A DNA stretch of 64,000 nucleotides, taken from positions 21,018,001 through 21,082,000 of the forward strand of contig OZ059895.1 of NCBI GenBank assembly GCA_964057225.1, given 5' to 3'. Below the pieces are notes generated by a model. The model did no database searches. It worked only from the letters and a program-made list of their open reading frames with translations, and was not told the origin of the DNA. This document shows, one piece after another, positions 41,701-56,320 of this stretch (positions are counted from its first letter, which is position 1; each line of letters opens with the position of its first letter). Origin of the DNA: Auanema rhodensis (Eukaryota; Animalia; Nematoda). The position numbers and the translations under genes are program-made.

Positions 41701-44700
41701 TTGATATTGGTGCATGGCAACCATGACTTTAAAATTTACGTGAACTTAAATTTATGCTAATTAAGTGTACACATGATGTGCACTTGGTATGTAACTCGCT
41801 TCACGTCAAAGATAAAGAGATGCGGTTTTCAAAATTAGATTCCCCATTTCCATGTTAGTCTAAAAACAAATTTTTATTGATATTGGTGCATGGCAACCAT
41901 GACTTTAAAATTTACGTGAACTTAAATTTATGCTAATTAAGTGTACACATGATGTGCACTTGGTATGTAACTCGCTTCACGTCAAAGATAAAGAGATGCG
42001 GTTTTCAAACTTAGATTCCCCATGTCCATATTAGTCTAAAAACAAATTTTTATTAATATTGGTGCATGGTAACCATGACTTTGAAATTTACGTGAACTTT
42101 AATTTATGCTTATTAAGTGTACACGTGATGTGCACTTGGTATGTAACTCGCTTCACGTGAAAGATAAAGAGATGCGGTTTTCAAAATTAGATTCCCCATT
42201 TCCATGTTAGTCTAAAAACAAATTTTTATTGATATTGGTGCATGGTAACCATGACTTTGAAATTTACGTGAACTTTAATTTATGCTAATTAAATGTACAC
42301 GTGATGTGCACTTGGTATGTAACTCGCTTCACGTGAAAGATGAAGAGATGCGGTTTTCAAAATTAGATTCCCCATGTCCATATTAGTCTAAAAACAAATT
42401 TTTATTAATATTGGTGCATGGTAACCATGACTTTGAAATTTACGTGAACTTTAATTTATGCTAATTAAGTGTACACATGATATGCACTTGGTATGTAACT
42501 CGCTTCACGTGAAAGATAAAGAGATGCGGTTTTCAAAATAGATTCCCCATTTCCATATTAGTCTAAAAACAAATTTTTATTGATCTTGGTGCATGGCAAC
42601 CATGACTTTAAAATTTACGTGAACTTTAATTTATGCTAATTAAGTGTACACATGATGTGCCTTTGGTATGTAACTCGCTTCACGTCAAAGATAAAGAGAT
42701 GCGGTTTTCAAAATTAGATTCCCCATGTCCATATTAGTCTAAAAACAAATTTTTATTAATATTGGTGCATGGTAACCATGACTTTGAAATTTACGTGAAC
42801 TTTAATTTATGCTAATTAAGTGTACACATGATGTGCGCTTGGTATGTAACTCGCTTCACGTGAAAGATAAAGAGATGCGGTTTTCAAAATTAGATTCCCC
42901 ATTTCCATGTTAGTCTAAAAACAAATTTTTATTGATATTGGTGCATGGCAACCATGACTTTAAAATTTACGTGAACTTAAATTTATGCTAATTAAGTGTA
43001 CACATGATGTGCACTTGGTATGTCACTCGCTTCACGTCAAAGATAAAGAGATGCGGTTTTCAAAATTAGATTCCCCATGTCCATATTAGTCTAAAAACAA
43101 ATTTTTATTAATATTGGTGCATGGTAACCATGACTTTGAAATTTACGTGAACATTAATTTATGCTAATTAAGTGTACACGTGATGTGCACTTGGTATGTA
43201 ACTCGCTTCACGTGAAAGATAAAGAGATGCGGTTTTCAAAATTAGATTCCCCATGTCCATATTAGTCTAAAAACAAATTTTTATTAATATTGGTGCATGG
43301 TAACCATGACTTTGAAATTTACGTGAACTTCAATTTATGCTAATTAAATGTACACGTGATGTGCACTTGGTATGTAACTCGCTTCACGTGAAAGATGAAG
43401 AGATGCGGTTTTCAAAATTAGATTCCCCATGTCCATATTAGTCTAAAAACAAATTTTTATTAATATTGGTGCATGGTAACCATGACTTTGAAATTTACGT
43501 GAACTTTAATTTATGCTAATTAAGTGTACACATGATATGCACTTGGTATGTAACTCGCTTCACGTGAAAGATAAAGAGATGCGGTTTTCAAAATAGATTC
43601 CCCATTTCCATATTAGTCTAAAAACAAATTTTTATTGATATTGGTGCATGGCAACCATGACTTTAAAATTTACGTGAACTTTAATTTATGCTAATTAAGT
43701 GTACACATGATGTGCACTTGGTATGTAACACGCTTTACGTCAAAGATAAAGAGATGCGGTTTTCAAAATTAGATTCCCCATGTCCATATTAGTCTAAAAA
43801 CAAATTTTTATTGATATTGGTGCATGGTAACCATGACTTTGAAATTTACGTGAACTTTAATTTATGCTAATTAAGTGTACACATGATGTGCGCTTGGTAT
43901 GTAACTCGCTTCACGTTAAAGATAAAGAGATGCGGTTTTCAAAATTAGATTCCCCATGTCCATATTAGTCTAAAAACAAATTTTTATTAATATTGGTGCA
44001 TGGTAACCATGACTTTGAAATTTACGTGAACTTTAATTTATGCTAATTAAGTGTACACATGATGTGCACTTGGTATGTAACTCGCTTCACGTGAAAGATG
44101 AAGAGATGCGGTTTTCAAAATTAGATTCCTCATGTCCATATTAGTCTAAAAACGAATTTTTATTGATATTGGTGCATGGTAACCATGACTTTGAAATTTA
44201 CGTGAACTTTAATTTATGCTAATTAAGTGTACACATGATGTGCATTTGGTATGTAACTCGCTTCACGTGAAAGATGAAGAGATGCGGTTTTCAAAATTAG
44301 ATTCCCCATTTCCATATTAGTCTAAAAACAAATTTTTATTGATATTGGTGCATGGTAACCATGACTTTGAAATTTACGTGAACTTTAATTTATGCTTATT
44401 AAGTGTACACGTGATGTGCACTTGGTATGTAACTCGCTTCACGTGAAAGATGAAGAGATGCGCTTTTCGAAATTAGATTCCCCATGTCCATATTAGTCTA
44501 AAAACACATTTTTGTTGATATAGGTGGATGGTAACCATGACTTTGAAATTTACGTGAACTTTAATTTATGCTAATTAAGTGTACACATGATGTGCACTTG
44601 GTATGTTACTCGCTTCACGTGAAAGATAAAGAGATGCGGTTTTCAAAATAGATTCCCCATTTCCATATTAGTCTAAAAACAAATTTTTATTGATATTGGT

Positions 44701-46315
44701 GCATGGCAACCATGACTTTAAAATTTACGTGAACTTAAATTTATGCTAATTAAGTGTACACATGATGTGCACTTGGTATGTAACTCGCTTCACGTCAAAG
44801 ATAAAGAGATGCGGTTTTCAAAATTAGATTCCCCATTTCCATGTTAGTCTAAAAACAAATTTTTATTGATATTGGTGCATGGCAACCATGACTTTAAAAT
44901 TTACGTGAACTTAAATTTATGCTAATTAAGTGTACACATGATGTGCACTTGGTATGTAACTCGCTTCACGTCAAAGATAAAGAGATGCGGTTTTCAAACT
45001 TAGATTCCCCATGTCCATATTAGTCTAAAAACAAATTTTTATTAATATTGGTGCATGGTAACCATGACTTTGAAATTTACGTGAACTTTAATTTATGCTT
45101 ATTAAGTGTACACGTGATGTGCACTTGGTATGTAACTCGCTTCACGTGAAAGATAAAGAGATGCGGTTTTCAAAATTAGATTCCCCATTTCCATGTTAGT
45201 CTAAAAACAAATTTTTATTGATATTGGTGCATGGTAACCATGACTTTGAAATTTACGTGAACTTTAATTTATGCTAATTAAATGTACACGTGATGTGCAC
45301 TTGGTATGTAACTCGCTTCACGTGAAAGATGAAGAGATGCGGTTTTCAAAATTAGATTCCCCATGTCCATATTAGTCTAAAAACAAATTTTTATTAATAT
45401 TGGTGCATGGTAACCATGACTTTGAAATTTACGTGAACTTTAATTTATGCTAATTAAGTGTACACATGATATGCACTTGGTATGTAACTCGCTTCACGTG
45501 AAAGATAAAGAGATGCGGTTTTCAAAATAGATTCCCCATTTCCATATTAGTCTAAAAACAAATTTTTATTGATCTTGGTGCATGGCAACCATGACTTTAA
45601 AATTTACGTGAACTTTAATTTATGCTAATTAAGTGTACACATGATGTGCCTTTGGTATGTAACTCGCTTCACGTCAAAGATAAAGAGATGCGGTTTTCAA
45701 AATTAGATTCCCCATGTCCATATTAGTCTAAAAACAAATTTTTATTAATATTGGTGCATGGTAACCATGACTTTGAAATTTACGTGAACTTTAATTTATG
45801 CTAATTAAGTGTACACATGATGTGCGCTTGGTATGTAACTCGCTTCACGTGAAAGATAAAGAGATGCGGTTTTCAAAATTAGATTCCCCATTTCCATGTT
45901 AGTCTAAAAACAAATTTTTATTGATATTGGTGCATGGCAACCATGACTTTAAAATTTACGTGAACTTAAATTTATGCTAATTAAGTGTACACATGATGTG
46001 CACTTGGTATGTCACTCGCTTCACGTCAAAGATAAAGAGATGCGGTTTTCAAAATTAGATTCCCCATGTCCATATTAGTCTAAAAACAAATTTTTATTAA
46101 TATTGGTGCATGGTAACCATGACTTTGAAATTTACGTGAACATTAATTTATGCTAATTAAGTGTACACGTGATGTGCACTTGGTATGTAACTCGCTTCAC
46201 GTGAAAGATAAAGAGATGCGGTTTTCAAAATTAGATTCCCCATGTCCATATTAGTCTAAAAACAAATTTTTATTAATATTGGTGCATGGTAACCATGACT
46301 TTGAAATTTACGTGA
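32393..46315 (+). repeat. Large duplication B: ~32.4-38.9 kb copied at ~39.8-46.3 kb (42-monomer offset, 7384 bp)
   Basis: Monomer starts 32393/39777. GGTTTTTAAAA 33034/40418, TTTGTGCTAA ~32609/39993, GCGCTTTTCG 34087/41471 and 37076/44460. Confidence 0.88.
33623..38897 (+). repeat. 17-monomer higher-order repeat (2989 bp), one full plus one partial copy
   Basis: Starts 33623/36612. GCGCTTTTCG 34087/37076 and GCCTTTGG 35275/38264. 2989 = 17x176-3. Confidence 0.88.
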
Positions 46316-46984
46316 ACTTCAATTTATGCTAATTAAATGTACACGTGATGTGCACTTGGTATGTAACTCGCTTCACGTGAAAGATGAAGAGATGCGGTTT
46401 TCAAAATTAGATTCCCCATGTCCATATTAGTCTAAAAACAAATTTTTATTAATATTGGTGCATGGTAACCATGACTTTGAAATTTACGTGAACTTTAATT
46501 TATGCTAATTAAGTGTACACATGATATGCACTTGGTATGTAACTCGCTTCACGTGAAAGATAAAGAGATGCGGTTTTCAAAATAGATTCCCCATTTCCAT
46601 ATTAGTCTAAAAACAAATTTTTATTGATATTGGTGCATGGCAACCATGACTTTAAAATTTACGTGAACTTTAATTTATGCTAATTAAGTGTACACATGAT
46701 GTGCACTTGGTATGTAACACGCTTTACGTCAAAGATAAAGAGATGCGGTTTTCAAAATTAGATTCCCCATGTCCATATTAGTCTAAAAACAAATTTTTAT
46801 TGATATTGGTGCATGGTAACCATGACTTTGAAATTTACGTGAACTTTAATTTATGCTAATTAAGTGTACACATGATGTGCGCTTGGTATGTAACTCGCTT
46901 CACGTTAAAGATAAAGAGATGCGGTTTTCAAAATTAGATTCCCCATTTCCATATTAGTCTAAAAACAAATTTTTATTGATATTG
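41007..46984 (+). repeat. 17-monomer higher-order repeat (2989 bp), two tandem copies
   Basis: Starts 41007/43996/46985. GCGCTTTTCG 41471/44460 and GCCTTTGG 42659/45648. Confidence 0.9.
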
Positions 46985-49900
46985 GTGCATGGCAACCATG
47001 ACTTTAAAATTTACGTGAACTTTAATTTATGCTAATTAAGTTTACACATGATGTGCACTTGGTATGTAACTCGCTTCACGTCAAAGATAAAGAGATGCGG
47101 TTTTCAAAATTAGATTCCCCATGTCCATATTAGTCTAAAAACAAATTTTTATTAATATTGGTGCATGGTAACCATGACTTTGAAATTTACGTGAACTTTA
47201 ATTTATGCTAATTAAGTGTACACATGATGTGCACTTGGTATGTAACTCGCTTCACGTGAAAGATGAAGAGATGCGGTTTTCAAAAAAATTAGATTCCTCA
47301 TGTCCATATTAGTCTAAAAACGATTTTTTATTGATATTGGTGCATGGTAACCATGACTTTGAAATTTACGTGAACTTTAATTTATGCTTATTAAGTGTAC
47401 ACGTGATGTGCACTTGGTATGTAACTCGCTTCACGTGAAAGATAAAGGGATGCGGTTTTCAAAATTAGATTCCCCATGTCCATATTAGTCTAAAAACAAA
47501 TTTTTATTGATATTGGTGCATGGTAACCATGACTTTGAAATTTATGTGAACTTTAATTTATGCTAATTAAGTGTACACATGATGTGCACTTGGTATGTAA
47601 CTCGCTTCACGTGAAAGATGAAGAGATGCGGTTTTCAAAATTAGATTCCCCATGTCCATATTAGTCTAAAAACAAATTTTTATTGATATTGGTGCATGGT
47701 AACCATGACTTTGAAATTTACGTGAACTTTAATTTATGCTTATTAAGTGTACACGTGATGTGCACTTGGTATGTAACTCGCTTCACGTGAAAGATGAAGA
47801 GATGCGCTTTTCGAAAATAGATTCCCCATGTCCATATTAGTCTAAAAACACATTTTTGTTGATATTGGTGGATGGTAACCATGACTTTGAAATTTACGTG
47901 AACTTCAATTTATGCTAATTAAGTGTACACATGATGTGCACTTGGTATGTAACTCGCTTCAAGTCAAAGATAAAGAGATGCGGTTTTCAAAATTAGATTC
48001 CCTATGTCCATATTAGTCTAAAAACAAATTTTTATTAATATTGGTGCATGGTAACCATGACTTTGAAATTTACGTGAACTTTAATTTATGCTAATTAAGT
48101 GTACACGTGATGTGCACTTGGTATGTAACTCGCTTCACGTGAAAGATGAAGAGATGCGGTTTTCAAAATTAGATTCCCCATTTCCATATTAGTCTAAAAA
48201 CAAATTTTTATTGATATTGGCGCATGGTAACCATGACTTTGAAATTTACGTGAACTTTAATTTATGCTAATTAAGTGTACACATGATGTGCGCTTGGTAT
48301 GTAACTCGCTTCACGTGAAAGATGAAGAGATGCGGTTTTCAAAATTAGATTCCTCATTTCCATGTTAGTCTAAAAACACATTTTTGTTGATATAGGTGGA
48401 TGGTAACCATGACTTTGAAATTTACGTGAACTTTAATTTATGCTAATTAAGTGTACACGTGATGTGCACTTGGTATGTAACTCGCTTCACGTGAAAGATG
48501 AAGAGATGCGGTTTTCAAAATTAGATTCCCCATTTCCATATTAGTCTAAAAACAAATTTTTATTGATATTGGCGCATGGTAACCATGACTTTGAAATTTA
48601 CGTGAACTTTAATTTATGCTAATTAAGTGTACACATGATGTGCACTTGGTATGTAACTCGCTTTACGTCAAAGATAAAGAGATGCGGTTTTCAAAATTAG
48701 ATTCCTCATTTCCATATTAGTCTAAAAACAAATTTTTATTAATATTGGTGCATGGTAACCATGACTTTGAAATTTACGTGAACTTTAATTTATGCTAATT
48801 AAGTGTACACATGATGTGCGCTTGGTATGTAACTCGCTTCACGTGAAAGATGAAGAGATGCGGTTTTCAAAATTAGATTCCTCATGTCCATATTAGTCTA
48901 AAAACGAATTTTTATTGATATTGGTGCATGGTAACCATGACTTTGAAATTTACGTGAACTTTAATTCATGCTTATTAAGTGTACACGTGATGTGCACTTG
49001 GTATGTAACTCGCTTCACGTGAAAGATAAAGGGATGCGGTTTTCAAAATTAGATTCCTCATGTCCATATTAGTCTAAAAACAAATTTTTATTGATATTGG
49101 TGCATGGTAACCATGACTTTGAAATTTACGTGAACTTTAATTTATGCTAATTAAGTGTACACCTGATGTGCACTTGGTATGTAACTCGCTTCACGTGAAA
49201 GATAAAGAGATGGGGTTTCAAAATTAGATTCCCCATTTCCATATTAGTCTAAAAACGAATTTTTATTGATATTGGTGCATGGTAACCATGACTTTGAAAT
49301 TTACGTGAACTTTAATTTATGCTTATTAAGTGTACACGTGATGTGCACTTGGTATGTAACTCGCTTCACGTGAAAGATAAAGAGATGCGGTTTTCAAAAT
49401 TAGATTCCCCATGTCCATATTAGTCTAAAAACAAATTTTTATTAATATTGGTGCATGGTAACCATGACTTTCAAATTTACGTGAACTTTAATTTATGCTA
49501 ATTAAGTGTACACATGATGTGCACTTGGTATGTAACTCGCTTCACGTCAAAGATAAAGAGATGCGGTTTTCAAAATTAGATTCCCCATGTCCATATTAGT
49601 CTAAAAACAAATTTTTATTAATATTGGTGCATGGTAACCATGACTTTGAAATTTACGTGAACTTTAATTTATGCTAATTAAGTGTACACATGATGTGCAC
49701 TTGGTATCTAACTCGCTTCACGTGAAAGATGAAGAGATGCGGTTTTCAAAATTAGATTCCTCATGTCCATATTAGTCTAAAAACGAATTTTTATTGATAT
49801 TGGTGCATGGTAACCATGACTTTGAAATTTACGTGAACTTTAATTTATGCTAATTAAGTGTACACATGATGTGCATTTGGTATGTAACTCGCTTCACGTG

Positions 49901-51736
49901 AAAGATGAAGAGATGCGGTTTTCAAAATTAGATTCCCCATTTCCATATTAGTCTAAAAACAAATTTTTATTGATATTGGTGCATGGTAACCATGACTTTG
50001 AAATTTACGTGAACTTTAATTTATGCTTATTAAGTGTACACGTGATGTGCACTTGGTATGTAACTCGCTTCACGTGAAAGATGAAGAGATGCGCTTTTCG
50101 AAATTAGATTCCCCATGTCCATATTAGTCTAAAAACACATTTTTGTTGATATAGGTGGATGGTAACCATGACTTTGAAATTTACGTGAACTTTAATTTAT
50201 GCTAATTAAGTGTACACATGATGTGCACTTGGTATGTTACTCGCTTCACGTGAAAGATAAAGAGATGCGGTTTTCAAATTAGATTCCCCATTTCCATATT
50301 AGTCTAAAAACAAATTTTTATTGATATTGGTGCATGGCAACCATGACTTTAAAATTTACGTGAACTTAAATTTATGCTAATTAAGTGTACACATGATGTG
50401 CACTTGGTATGTAACTCGCTTCACGTCAAAGATAAAGAGATGCGGTTTTCAAAATTAGATTCCCCATTTCCATGTTAGTCTAAAAACAAATTTTTATTGA
50501 TATTGGTGCATGGCAACCATGACTTTAAAATTTACGTGAACTTAAATTTATGCTAATTAAGTGTACACATGATGTGCACTTGGTATGTAACTCGCTTCAC
50601 GTCAAAGATAAAGAGATGCGGTTTTCAAACTTAGATTCCCCATGTCCATATTAGTCTAAAAACAAATTTTTATTAATATTGGTGCATGGTAACCATGACT
50701 TTGAAATTTACGTGAACTTTAATTTATGCTTATTAAGTGTACACGTGATGTGCACTTGGTATGTAACTCGCTTCACGTGAAAGATAAAGAGATGCGGTTT
50801 TCAAAATTAGATTCCCCATGTCCATATTAGTCTAAAAACAAATTTTTATTGATATTGGTGCATGGTAACCATGACTTTGAAATTTACGTGAACTTTAATT
50901 TATGCTAATTAAATGTACACGTGATGTGCACTTGGTATGTAACTCGCTTCACGTGAAAGATGAAGAGATGCGGTTTTCAAAATTAGATTCCCCATGTCCA
51001 TATTAGTCTAAAAACAAATTTTTATTAATATTGGTGCATGGTAACCATGACTTTGAAATTTACGTGAACTTTAATTTATGCTAATTAAGTGTACACATGA
51101 TATGCACTTGGTATGTAACTCGCTTCACGTGAAAGATAAAGAGATGCGGTTTTCAAAATAGATTCCCCATTTCCATATTAGTCTAAAAACAAATTTTTAT
51201 TGATCTTGGTGCATGGCAACCATGACTTTAAAATTTACGTGAACTTTAATTTATGCTAATTAAGTGTACACATGATGTGCCTTTGGTATGTAACTCGCTT
51301 CACGTCAAAGATAAAGAGATGCGGTTTTCAAAATTAGATTCCCCATGTCCATATTAGTCTAAAAACAAATTTTTATTAATATTGGTGCATGGTAACCATG
51401 ACTTTGAAATTTACGTGAACTTTAATTTATGCTAATTAAGTGTACACATGATGTGCGCTTGGTATGTAACTCGCTTCACGTGAAAGATAAAGAGATGCGG
51501 TTTTCAAAATTAGATTCCCCATTTCCATGTTAGTCTAAAAACAAATTTTTATTGATATTGGTGCATGGCAACCATGACTTTAAAATTTACGTGAACTTAA
51601 ATTTATGCTAATTAAGTGTACACATGATGTGCACTTGGTATGTCACTCGCTTCACGTCAAAGATAAAGAGATGCGGTTTTCAAAATTAGATTCCCCATGT
51701 CCATATTAGTCTAAAAACAAATTTTTATTAATATTG

Positions 51737-54700
51737 GTGCATGGTAACCATGACTTTGAAATTTACGTGAACATTAATTTATGCTAATTAAGTGTACACG
51801 TGATGTGCACTTGGTATGTAACTCGCTTCACGTGAAAGATAAAGAGATGCGGTTTTCAAAATTAGATTCCCCATGTCCATATTAGTCTAAAAACAAATTT
51901 TTATTAATATTGGTGCATGGTAACCATGACTTTGAAATTTACGTGAACTTCAATTTATGCTAATTAAGTGTACACGTGATGTGCACTTGGTATGTAACTC
52001 GCTTCACGTGAAAGATGAAGAGATGCGGTTTTCAAAATTAGATTCCCCATGTCCATATTAGTCTAAAAACAAATTTTTATTAATATTGGTGCATGGTAAC
52101 CATGACTTTGAAATTTACGTGAACTTTAATTTATGCTAATTAAGTGTACACATGATATGCACTTGGTATGTAACTCGCTTCACGTGAAAGATAAAGAGAT
52201 GCGGTTTTCAAAATAGATTCCCCATTTCCATATTAGTCTAAAAACAAATTTTTATTGATATTGGTGCATGGCAACCATGACTTTAAAATTTACGTGAACT
52301 TTAATTTATGCTAATTAAGTGTACACATGATGTGCACTTGGTATGTAACACGCTTTACGTCAAAGATAAAGAGATGCGGTTTTCAAAATTAGATTCCCCA
52401 TGTCCATATTAGTCTAAAAACAAATTTTTATTGATATTGGTGCATGGTAACCATGACTTTGAAATTTACGTGAACTTTAATTTATGCTAATTAAGTGTAC
52501 ACATGATGTGCGCTTGGTATGTAACTCGCTTCACGTTAAAGATAAAGAGATGCGGTTTTCAAAATTAGATTCCCCATTTCCATATTAGTCTAAAAACAAA
52601 TTTTTATTGATATTGGTGCATGGCAACCATGACTTTAAAATTTACGTGAACTTTAATTTATGCTAATTAAGTGTACACATGATGTGCACTTGGTATGTAA
52701 CTCGCTTCACGTCAAAGATAAAGAGATGCGGTTTTCAAAATTAGATTCCCCATGTCCATATTAGTCTAAAAACAAATTTTTATTAATATTGGTGCATGGT
52801 AACCATGACTTTGAAATTTACGTGAACTTTAATTTATGCTAATTAAGTGTACACATGATGTGCACTTGGTATGTAACTCGCTTCACGTGAAAGATGAAGA
52901 GATGCGGTTTTCAAAAAAATTAGATTCCTCATGTCCATATTAGTCTAAAAACGATTTTTTATTGATATTGGTGCATGGTAACCATGACTTTGAAATTTAC
53001 GTGAACTTTAATTTATGCTTATTAAGTGTACACGTGATGTGCACTTGGTATGTAACTCGCTTCACGTGAAAGATAAAGGGATGCGGTTTTCAAAATTAGA
53101 TTCCCCATTTCCATATTAGTCTAAAAACAAATTTTTATTGATATTGGTGCATGGTAACCATGACTTTGAAATTTACGTGAACTTTAATTTATGCTAATTA
53201 AGTGTACACATGATGTGCACTTGGTATGTAACTCGCTTCACGTGAAAGATAAAGGGATGCGGTTTTCAAAATTAGATTCCCCATGTTCATATTAGTCTAA
53301 AAACAAATTTTTATTAATATTGGTGCATGGTAACCATGACTTTGAAATTTACGTGAACTTTAATTTATGCTAATTAAGTGTACACATGATATGCACTTGG
53401 TATGTAACTCGCTTCACGTGAAAGATAAAGAGATGCGGTTTTCAAAATAGATTCCCCATTTCCATATTAGTCTAAAAACAAATTTTTATTGATATTGGTG
53501 CATGGCAACCATGACTTTAAAATTTACGTGAACTTTAATTTATGCTAATTAAGTGTACACATGATGTGCACTTGGTATGTAACTCGCTTCACGTCAAAGA
53601 TAAAGAGATGCGGTTTTCAAAATTAGATTCCCCATGTCCATATTAGTCTAAAAACAAATTTTTATTAATATTGGTGCATGGAAACCATGACTTTGAAATT
53701 TACGTGAACTTTAATTTATGCTAATTAAGTGTACACATGATGTGCACTTGGTATGTAACTCGCTTCACGTGAAAGATGAAGAGATGCGGTTTTCAAAAAA
53801 ATTAGATTCCTCATGTCCATATTAGTCTAAAAACGATTTTTTATTGATATTGGTGCATGGTAACCATGACTTTGAAATTTACGTGAACTTTAATTTATGC
53901 TTATTAAGTGTACACGTGATGTGCACTTGGTATGTAACTCGCTTCACGTGAAAGATAAAGAGATGCGGTTTTCAAAATTAGATTCCCCATTTCCATATTA
54001 GTCTAAAAACAAATTTTTATTAATATTGGTGCATGGTAACCATGACTTTGAAATTTACGTGAACATTAATTTATGCTAATTAAGTGTACACGTGATGTGC
54101 ACTTGGTATGTAACTCGCTTCACGTGAAAGATAAAGAGATGCGGTTTTCAAAATTAGATTCCCCATGTCCATATTAGTCTAAAAACAAATTTTTATTAAT
54201 ATTGGTGCATGGTAACCATGACTTTGAAATTTACGTGAACTTCAATTTATGCTAATTAAGTGTACACGTGATGTGCACTTGGTATGTAACTCGCTTCACG
54301 TGAAAGATGAAGAGATGCGGTTTTCAAAATTAGATTCCCCATGTCCATATTAGTCTAAAAACAAATTTTTATTAATATTGGTGCATGGTAACCATGACTT
54401 TGAAATTTACGTGAACTTTAATTTATGCTAATTAAGTGTACACATGATATGCACTTGGTATGTAACTCGCTTCACGTGAAAGATAAAGAGATGCGGTTTT
54501 CAAAATAGATTCCCCATTTCCATATTAGTCTAAAAACAAATTTTTATTGATATTGGTGCATGGCAACCATGACTTTAAAATTTACGTGAACTTTAATTTA
54601 TGCTAATTAAGTGTACACATGATGTGCACTTGGTATGTAACACGCTTTACGTCAAAGATAAAGAGATGCGGTTTTCAAAATTAGATTCCCCATGTCCATA

Positions 54701-56320
54701 TTAGTCTAAAAACAAATTTTTATTGATATTGGTGCATGGTAACCATGACTTTGAAATTTACGTGAACTTTAATTTATGCTAATTAAGTGTACACATGATG
54801 TGCGCTTGGTATGTAACTCGCTTCACGTTAAAGATAAAGAGATGCGGTTTTCAAAATTAGATTCCCCATTTCCATATTAGTCTAAAAACAAATTTTTATT
54901 GATATTGGTGCATGGCAACCATGACTTTAAAATTTACGTGAACTTTAATTTATGCTAATTAAGTGTACACATGATGTGCACTTGGTATGTAACTCGCTTC
55001 ACGTCAAAGATAAAGAGATGCGGTTTTCAAAATTAGATTCCCCATGTCCATATTAGTCTAAAAACAAATTTTTATTAATATTGGTGCATGGTAACCATGA
55101 CTTTGAAATTTACGTGAACTTTAATTTATGCTAATTAAGTGTACACATGATGTGCACTTGGTATGTAACTCGCTTCACGTGAAAGATGAAGAGATGCGGT
55201 TTTCAAAAAAATTAGATTCCTCATGTCCATATTAGTCTAAAAACGATTTTTTATTGATATTGGTGCATGGTAACCATGACTTTGAAATTTACGTGAACTT
55301 TAATTTATGCTTATTAAGTGTACACGTGATGTGCACTTGGTATGTAACTCGCTTCACGTGAAAGATAAAGGGATGCGGTTTTCAAAATTAGATTCCCCAT
55401 TTCCATATTAGTCTAAAAACAAATTTTTATTGATATTGGTGCATGGTAACCATGACTTTGAAATTTACGTGAACTTTAATTTATGCTAATTAAGTGTACA
55501 CATGATGTGCACTTGGTATGTAACTCGCTTCACGTGAAAGATAAAGGGATGCGGTTTTCAAAATTAGATTCCCCATGTTCATATTAGTCTAAAAACAAAT
55601 TTTTATTAATATTGGTGCATGGTAACCATGACTTTGAAATTTACGTGAACTTTAATTTATGCTAATTAAGTGTACACATGATATGCACTTGGTATGTAAC
55701 TCGCTTCACGTGAAAGATAAAGAGATGCGGTTTTCAAAATAGATTCCCCATTTCCATATTAGTCTAAAAACAAATTTTTATTGATATTGGTGCATGGCAA
55801 CCATGACTTTAAAATTTACGTGAACTTTAATTTATGCTAATTAAGTGTACACATGATGTGCACTTGGTATGTAACTCGCTTCACGTCAAAGATAAAGAGA
55901 TGCGGTTTTCAAAATTAGATTCCCCATGTCCATATTAGTCTAAAAACAAATTTTTATTAATATTGGTGCATGGAAACCATGACTTTGAAATTTACGTGAA
56001 CTTTAATTTATGCTAATTAAGTGTACACATGATGTGCACTTGGTATGTAACTCGCTTCACGTGAAAGATGAAGAGATGCGGTTTTCAAAAAAATTAGATT
56101 CCTCATGTCCATATTAGTCTAAAAACGATTTTTTATTGATATTGGTGCATGGTAACCATGACTTTGAAATTTACGTGAACTTTAATTTATGCTTATTAAG
56201 TGTACACGTGATGTGCACTTGGTATGTAACTCGCTTCACGTGAAAGATAAAGAGATGCGGTTTTCAAAATTAGATTCCCCATTTCCATATTAGTCTAAAA
56301 ACGAATTTTTATTGATATTG
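51737..56320 (+). repeat. Tandem 13-monomer higher-order repeat, 2 copies (2292 bp)
   Basis: Starts 51737/54029/56321. AACATTAA 51770/54062, ATGTTCATAT 53283/55575, GGAAACC 53680/55972. 2292 = 13x176+4 (two 179-mers, two 175-mers). Confidence 0.9.

Larger units (their letters stand above)
26232..51736 (+). repeat. 12-monomer core block (~2110 bp) in six copies starting at 26232, 33623, 36612, 41007, 43996, 49627
   Basis: The ordered marker set GTGCATTTGG, GCGCTTTTCG/GATATAGGTGGA, TGTTACTC, CAAACTTAG, GATCTTGG, GCCTTTGG, TGTCACTC recurs in the same order. Spacings are 7391, 2989, 4395, 2989, 5631 for the markers measured. Confidence 0.9.
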
